A program made the position numbers and the translations under genes. The notes under the pieces were generated by a model. It did not search any database, had not been told where the DNA came from, and worked only from the letters and a program-made list of their open reading frames with translations. Below, in pieces: positions 60,148 to 64,000 of a DNA stretch of 64,000 nt. The stretch covers positions 992,001 through 1,056,000 of the forward strand of contig CAVZVA010000009.1 of NCBI GenBank assembly GCA_963778655.1. The letters are read 5' to 3'. Origin of the DNA: an uncultured delta proteobacterium (lineage in GTDB: Bacteria > Myxococcota_A > Polyangia > Polyangiales > JAFGIB01). Position 1 is the stretch's first letter; each line of letters opens with the position of its first letter.

Positions 60148-60834
60148 TCACTGCCGCAGGTTGTACTTGAGGATGCAGTACAGCGCGCGCACGCCGTCCT
60201 TCCATCCGATCTTCTTGCCTTCGTCGTACGTGCGGCCGCTGTAGGATACGCCCACCTCGTACACGCGAAAGCCGCCTCGCGCCACTTTGGCGGTGATCTC
60301 TGGCTCGATGCCGAAGCGGCTCTCCTCGATTTCGAACGACTGCAGGACCTCGCGGCGGAAGAGCTTGTAGCCGACCTCCATGTCCGTGAGGTTGAGATTG
60401 GTGAAGGCGTTGGACAAGGTGGTCAGGACGCGGTTGCCCACCGAGTGCCAGTAATACAGCACCCTGTGCGATTGACCTCCGGCGAAGCGGCTTCCGTACA
60501 CCACGTCGGCTTTGCCGTCGAGGATCGGCTGCAGCAGGTGGGGGTAGTCGGCAGGATCGTATTCCAGGTCGGCGTCCTGGATCAGCACGATGTCGCCGCG
60601 CGCCTCCCGAACCGCCCTACGGATCGCGGCGCCCTTGCCCTGGTTGGTTTCCTGGAAGAACACGCGTACCCGCGGGTCGCGCGCCAGATCGCGCAACACC
60701 TCGCGCGTGCCATCGATCGAGGCGTCGTCCACGATCACGATCTCGCAGTCGGCCGCAACGGCCTGCACGCGTTTGACCACCTTGGCGATGGTCTGCTCTT
60801 CGTTGAACACAGGAATCAAAACCGACAGAAGCAT
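60148..60834 (-). CDS. Glycosyltransferase family 2 (polyprenol-phosphate type)
   Basis: LSVLIPVFNEE, VDDASIDGT, NQGKGAA, QDADLEYDP, VYGSRF, TDME, FGIEPE. Confidence 0.93.
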   Translation of the reverse strand: MLLSVLIPVFNEEQTIAKVVKRVQAVAADCEIVIVDDASIDGTREVLRDLARDPRVRVFFQETNQGKGAAIRRAVREARGDIVLIQDADLEYDPADYPHLLQPILDGKADVVYGSRFAGGQSHRVLYYWHSVGNRVLTTLSNAFTNLNLTDMEVGYKLFRREVLQSFEIEESRFGIEPEITAKVARGGFRVYEVGVSYSGRTYDEGKKIGWKDGVRALYCILKYNLRQ

Positions 60835-61009
60835 GATTGTGGTCTTGTACCGCGAACCGGCGCTCAGGTCGCGGGTAGCGCATGCTCCTTCTGCGTGTTC
60901 CAGACGGCGCCGGCGGCGTGCAGGGCCGCGCCTCGGGCAGCCGCATGCCGAGCCGCGACCGTACCAGGAAGGCACCTTCGTGCTGCGCTGCCGTAGCACC
61001 CCGCGCGCG

Positions 61010-61170
61010 TGACCTCGCCGCCCATCGCGGCGAGGAAGAACGGGTCGAGGTGCCCCATGGTCGGGGCCCCGAGCGCGCGCAACACGCGCGGGTGCACCTG
61101 ACTCGGCCGGGCCCATCAACAGCCGGGCCCGGGAATCGAGCGGGGCAAGACGTTCGAGGTCGAGAGCCAT
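61010..61170 (-). pseudogene. Truncated, frameshifted N-terminal relic of an alanine-glyoxylate (class V) aminotransferase
   Basis: RLLMGP /frameshift/ PSQVHPRVLRALGAPTMGHLDPFFLAAM; similarity ends after ~50 codons. Confidence 0.72.
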
Positions 61171-61194
61171 CGCGCGCGGAGCTAGTCCAGCGGA

Positions 61195-62580
61195 CTACGG
61201 GGCATCGAACACCTTGCCCGGATTCATGATGCCGTGCGGGTCGAAGGCGAGCTTGATGCGTTGCATGAGCGCGATCTTGGCCGGGCTCTCCCGCTGCACG
61301 AAGTACTTCTTCTTCGCCAGGCCGATGCCGTGCTCGGCCGACACCACGCCGCCCATGCGGGCTCCCAGGTCGAACAGCGCGCTCATCACCTTGGCGCGCA
61401 GGGCCTCGTCGGGCTGAAAGATACCCAGATGCACGTTGCCGTCTCCGGCGTGACCCGTACCCACGATCAGGGTGCCGGCCTCGCCCGCGATCCGGTGCGT
61501 CTCCCGCATGAAGTCGGACAGCCGCGCGCGCGGCACGACCACGTCCACCTGATCGTTCAGGCCCGCCTGTTTGCCGGCCCAGAAGCTCTCCTCGCGGCCT
61601 TTTATCAGCTTGCCTGCCTGGTTCCTCGGCAGCACGTACACGTCCATCGCGCCGCATTCGACGCACAGGCCGCCCAGCGTTTCGGCGTCCTCGAGATTGC
61701 GCGCGTCGCTCACGCTCTCTAGCTCGATCAATAGGTAGGCGAGCGCCTTGCTCTTGACCGCCTCGGGAATCCCGAGGTCGAGCTGCTGGCGCTGTAGCAC
61801 GCCCGCCATCGACAGCGCGTCCAGGTACTCCACGAACAATGGCGCCAGGCCCGATTGGACCAGCTTCGGCACCGCGCGGGTCACCTGCTCCAGGCTTTCG
61901 AACGGGCACAGCAGGCTGGTGCGATGCGCGAGCCGGGGCACCAGCTTGAGGATGATGCGGGTGACCACCGCGAGCGTACCTTCCGAGCCCACGATCAGCT
62001 GCGTCAGGTCGTAGCCGCTCGAGGACTTCACGAACTTGCCGCCGCACTCGATCACCTCGCCCCCCGGCAGCACTGCTTGCAGCCCGAGCACCTGGTGGCG
62101 CGTGACGCCGTACTTGACCGCGCGCATACCGCCCGCGTTGGTCGCGATGTTGCCACCCAGCGTGGCGCTGGCCTCGCCCGGTTGAATCGGGTAGCAGAGC
62201 CCGAACGGAAGCGTCGCCTCGTCGAGCTCGCCCAGCGTGACCCCGGGCTCCACCACCGCGACGTGGTTTTCGACGTCGATTTCCAGCACCCGCTTCATGC
62301 GCTCGGTGGACAACAACAACCCGCCCTCGCTGGGGATGCACGCGCCCGACAGGCCGGTGCCGGCGCCGCGCACGGTCACCGGGACGCGCTGGGTCTGCGC
62401 AAGTCTCATCACGCCGGCCACTTGCTCGGTTGTGGCCGGCCGCACCACCAGGGCGGGCCGGTTGCCGTGCAAATTGAGGCATTCGTCGTGCGCGTAGTCG
62501 TCTTTGATCCGCTCGCCGAGCAGAACGTCGGCAGCGGGCAGCAGCTCGCGCAGCTGAGCGCAAAGGCTTTCGACGTTCAT
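61195..62580 (-). CDS. FAD-linked 2-hydroxyacid oxidase (GlcD-like)
   Basis: RGAGTGLSG, TLGGNIATNAGG..VKYGVT, GYDLTQLIVGSEGTL, GHAGDGNVH, AEHGIG, DPHGIMNPGK. Confidence 0.92.
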   Translation of the reverse strand: MNVESLCAQLRELLPAADVLLGERIKDDYAHDECLNLHGNRPALVVRPATTEQVAGVMRLAQTQRVPVTVRGAGTGLSGACIPSEGGLLLSTERMKRVLEIDVENHVAVVEPGVTLGELDEATLPFGLCYPIQPGEASATLGGNIATNAGGMRAVKYGVTRHQVLGLQAVLPGGEVIECGGKFVKSSSGYDLTQLIVGSEGTLAVVTRIILKLVPRLAHRTSLLCPFESLEQVTRAVPKLVQSGLAPLFVEYLDALSMAGVLQRQQLDLGIPEAVKSKALAYLLIELESVSDARNLEDAETLGGLCVECGAMDVYVLPRNQAGKLIKGREESFWAGKQAGLNDQVDVVVPRARLSDFMRETHRIAGEAGTLIVGTGHAGDGNVHLGIFQPDEALRAKVMSALFDLGARMGGVVSAEHGIGLAKKKYFVQRESPAKIALMQRIKLAFDPHGIMNPGKVFDAP

Positions 62581-62701
62581 CCCACACCCCGAGCACAAAA
62601 CATGGGCATATCATTGCACACTCGCGCGGGAGGAACGAGGCCGTCTGCTTGCGCTTCCGGGGCCGCGGCTCGTAGATTGGTCGGAGACAGGGGCCGATGC
62701 G

Positions 62702-63421
62702 GTGGACTACCGACGGGTGATGCGCGTGCTGGCATTCGGCGCTGCCGTGTTATCGGCGTGCGCCCGCGCAGGCGATACATCACTGCTCGATGCCGGGAGC
62801 GCGAAGTCCGATCCCGCCTTGACCCCGGACGCCGGCACGCACGGCCAAGACAGCGGTGCTCCGTCGGGATCGCCGACGCCGTTCAATCCGTTTTTCGACG
62901 GCGGTTTCGTGCCGGTGGCCGTGGTGCAGGTGCCGGAGTGTCCGCTGGCCGTTGGCGCCGAGTGCGACGGCAACGAGGACTGCGGCGACCAACAAGTGTG
63001 CTGCGGCCACTTCGATCAGCTGATGTTCAGCTACACGAGCATCCGCTGCGAGGCGGCTTGTACCGGCGCCGATGAGTTCCCGCTGTGTCACTCCGACGAC
63101 GTCTGTGGCGGCGGCACGGTTTGCCGCTCCAGCCTGATCCTTCCGTACGATTTCATCCGCGTCTGCGCCACGCCGATTCAGGGGCAAGGGCCGAGCACCG
63201 ATCGCGACGTGGCGGATGAGGTCGCCTGCGGCACGCGCAACTGCGAAGGCGGCAAGGAGCAGTGCTGTCTGACGGCACACTTCGACAACACCGCGCCGTA
63301 TCCCACTCCGGTGGCCGAAGAACCCTACTGCGCTCCGCTAAGCGATGACTGTGTCTGTCACCACCAGAGCTCGGACGCGAACAACGGGCCGGCCGGCGAC
63401 GGTGACGACGGAGGCATCTAG
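62702..63421 (+). CDS. Cys-rich hypothetical lipoprotein
   Basis: Lipobox LSAC; ECDGNEDC..QVCC and further Cys clusters. Confidence 0.72.
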   Translation: MDYRRVMRVLAFGAAVLSACARAGDTSLLDAGSAKSDPALTPDAGTHGQDSGAPSGSPTPFNPFFDGGFVPVAVVQVPECPLAVGAECDGNEDCGDQQVCCGHFDQLMFSYTSIRCEAACTGADEFPLCHSDDVCGGGTVCRSSLILPYDFIRVCATPIQGQGPSTDRDVADEVACGTRNCEGGKEQCCLTAHFDNTAPYPTPVAEEPYCAPLSDDCVCHHQSSDANNGPAGDGDDGGI

Positions 63422-63577
63422 GCTCGCGCTTCGCGGCGCGCTTGCGGCACGCTGGCCGAGGTGCCTGGATCGGAGCTCGCGATTCGGGATGACCGATCGG
63501 CATGGCCGTCCCCGAATCGTGATCGGTCATTTAGCTGCGATCGGCTTGCCCGCCGACGGCGCGCCCGGCGCGCGCGC

Positions 63578-64000
63578 TCACTCGTCGGACGATATGCGTC
63601 CGCGCAGCTGCTTCTTGCGCGCTTGGTGCTGCTTGTTCTCGACGCGACGCCGTTGAGAGCTGCGCGTGGGCCGGGTGGGACGCCTGGGGGACGGAGGCTC
63701 CAGCGCCGCGCGCACCAGCGCCACCAGCTTGGCCCGTGCATCCTCCAGGTTGCGGATCTGATCGCGCGTGCGCTGGCTGACGATCCGCAACCGGCCTTCT
63801 GCGTCCAGGCGGTTTCGCGCCAGCGCGCGCAGCCTTGATTTCACGTCCGGGCCGAGCGCCCGGCTGCCGCGCAGGTCGAAACGAAGCTCGACCTTGCTGG
63901 CGACCTTGTTCACGTTCTGACCGCCCGGACCCGAGCTGCGCGCCGCGCTCCAGGACAGCTCGCCTGGTGGAATCACCAGCTCGGAGGTGATGCGCAAGGG
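63578..64000 (-). CDS. arfB: Alternative ribosome-rescue factor ArfB (5' end outside window)
   Basis: RSSGPGGQNVNKVASKVELRFD, RDQIRN, basic tail RRPTRPTR...K...R. Confidence 0.95.
   Translation of the reverse strand, partial: PLRITSELVIPPGELSWSAARSSGPGGQNVNKVASKVELRFDLRGSRALGPDVKSRLRALARNRLDAEGRLRIVSQRTRDQIRNLEDARAKLVALVRAALEPPSPRRPTRPTRSSQRRRVENKQHQARKKQLRGRISSDE

Overview
High-GC window whose gene content (PEGA proteins, DUF2378-like protein, Cys-rich lipoproteins, ECF-FecR-TPR module) points to Myxococcota, probably Polyangiales. The backbone carries gatA/gatB/mtnA, lysA/argH, comEC, a MerR-led isc operon (iscS-iscU-iscA-hscB-hscA-fdx), tRNA-Arg(CCG), tonB-exbB-exbD-exbD, a GlcD-like oxidase and arfB. 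The main discovery is a ~13.7 kb island (6706-20420) bounded by degenerate 48-bp direct repeats that copy the 3' end of a P-type ATPase-like gene. It interleaves a bmp/plt-like halogenated-pyrrole biosynthesis set (proline adenylation enzyme, prolyl-carrier dehydrogenase, carrier protein-hydrolase fusion, flavin halogenase, amidohydrolase, hydrolase, TauE-type exporter) with a stressosome-like RsbR/S/T/X module, a DUF2378-like protein and a REC-Fis regulator. One dyad motif sits upstream of all three main transcription units. Other points of note: a P1B-ATPase homologue lacking its catalytic motifs, mosaic near-identical Cys-rich lipoprotein paralogues, a nucleotidyltransferase/wHTH gene pair with a perfect palindrome over its -35 box, and a Cys-tailed MerR in place of IscR. 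All calls come from reading motifs by eye; no database searches were run.
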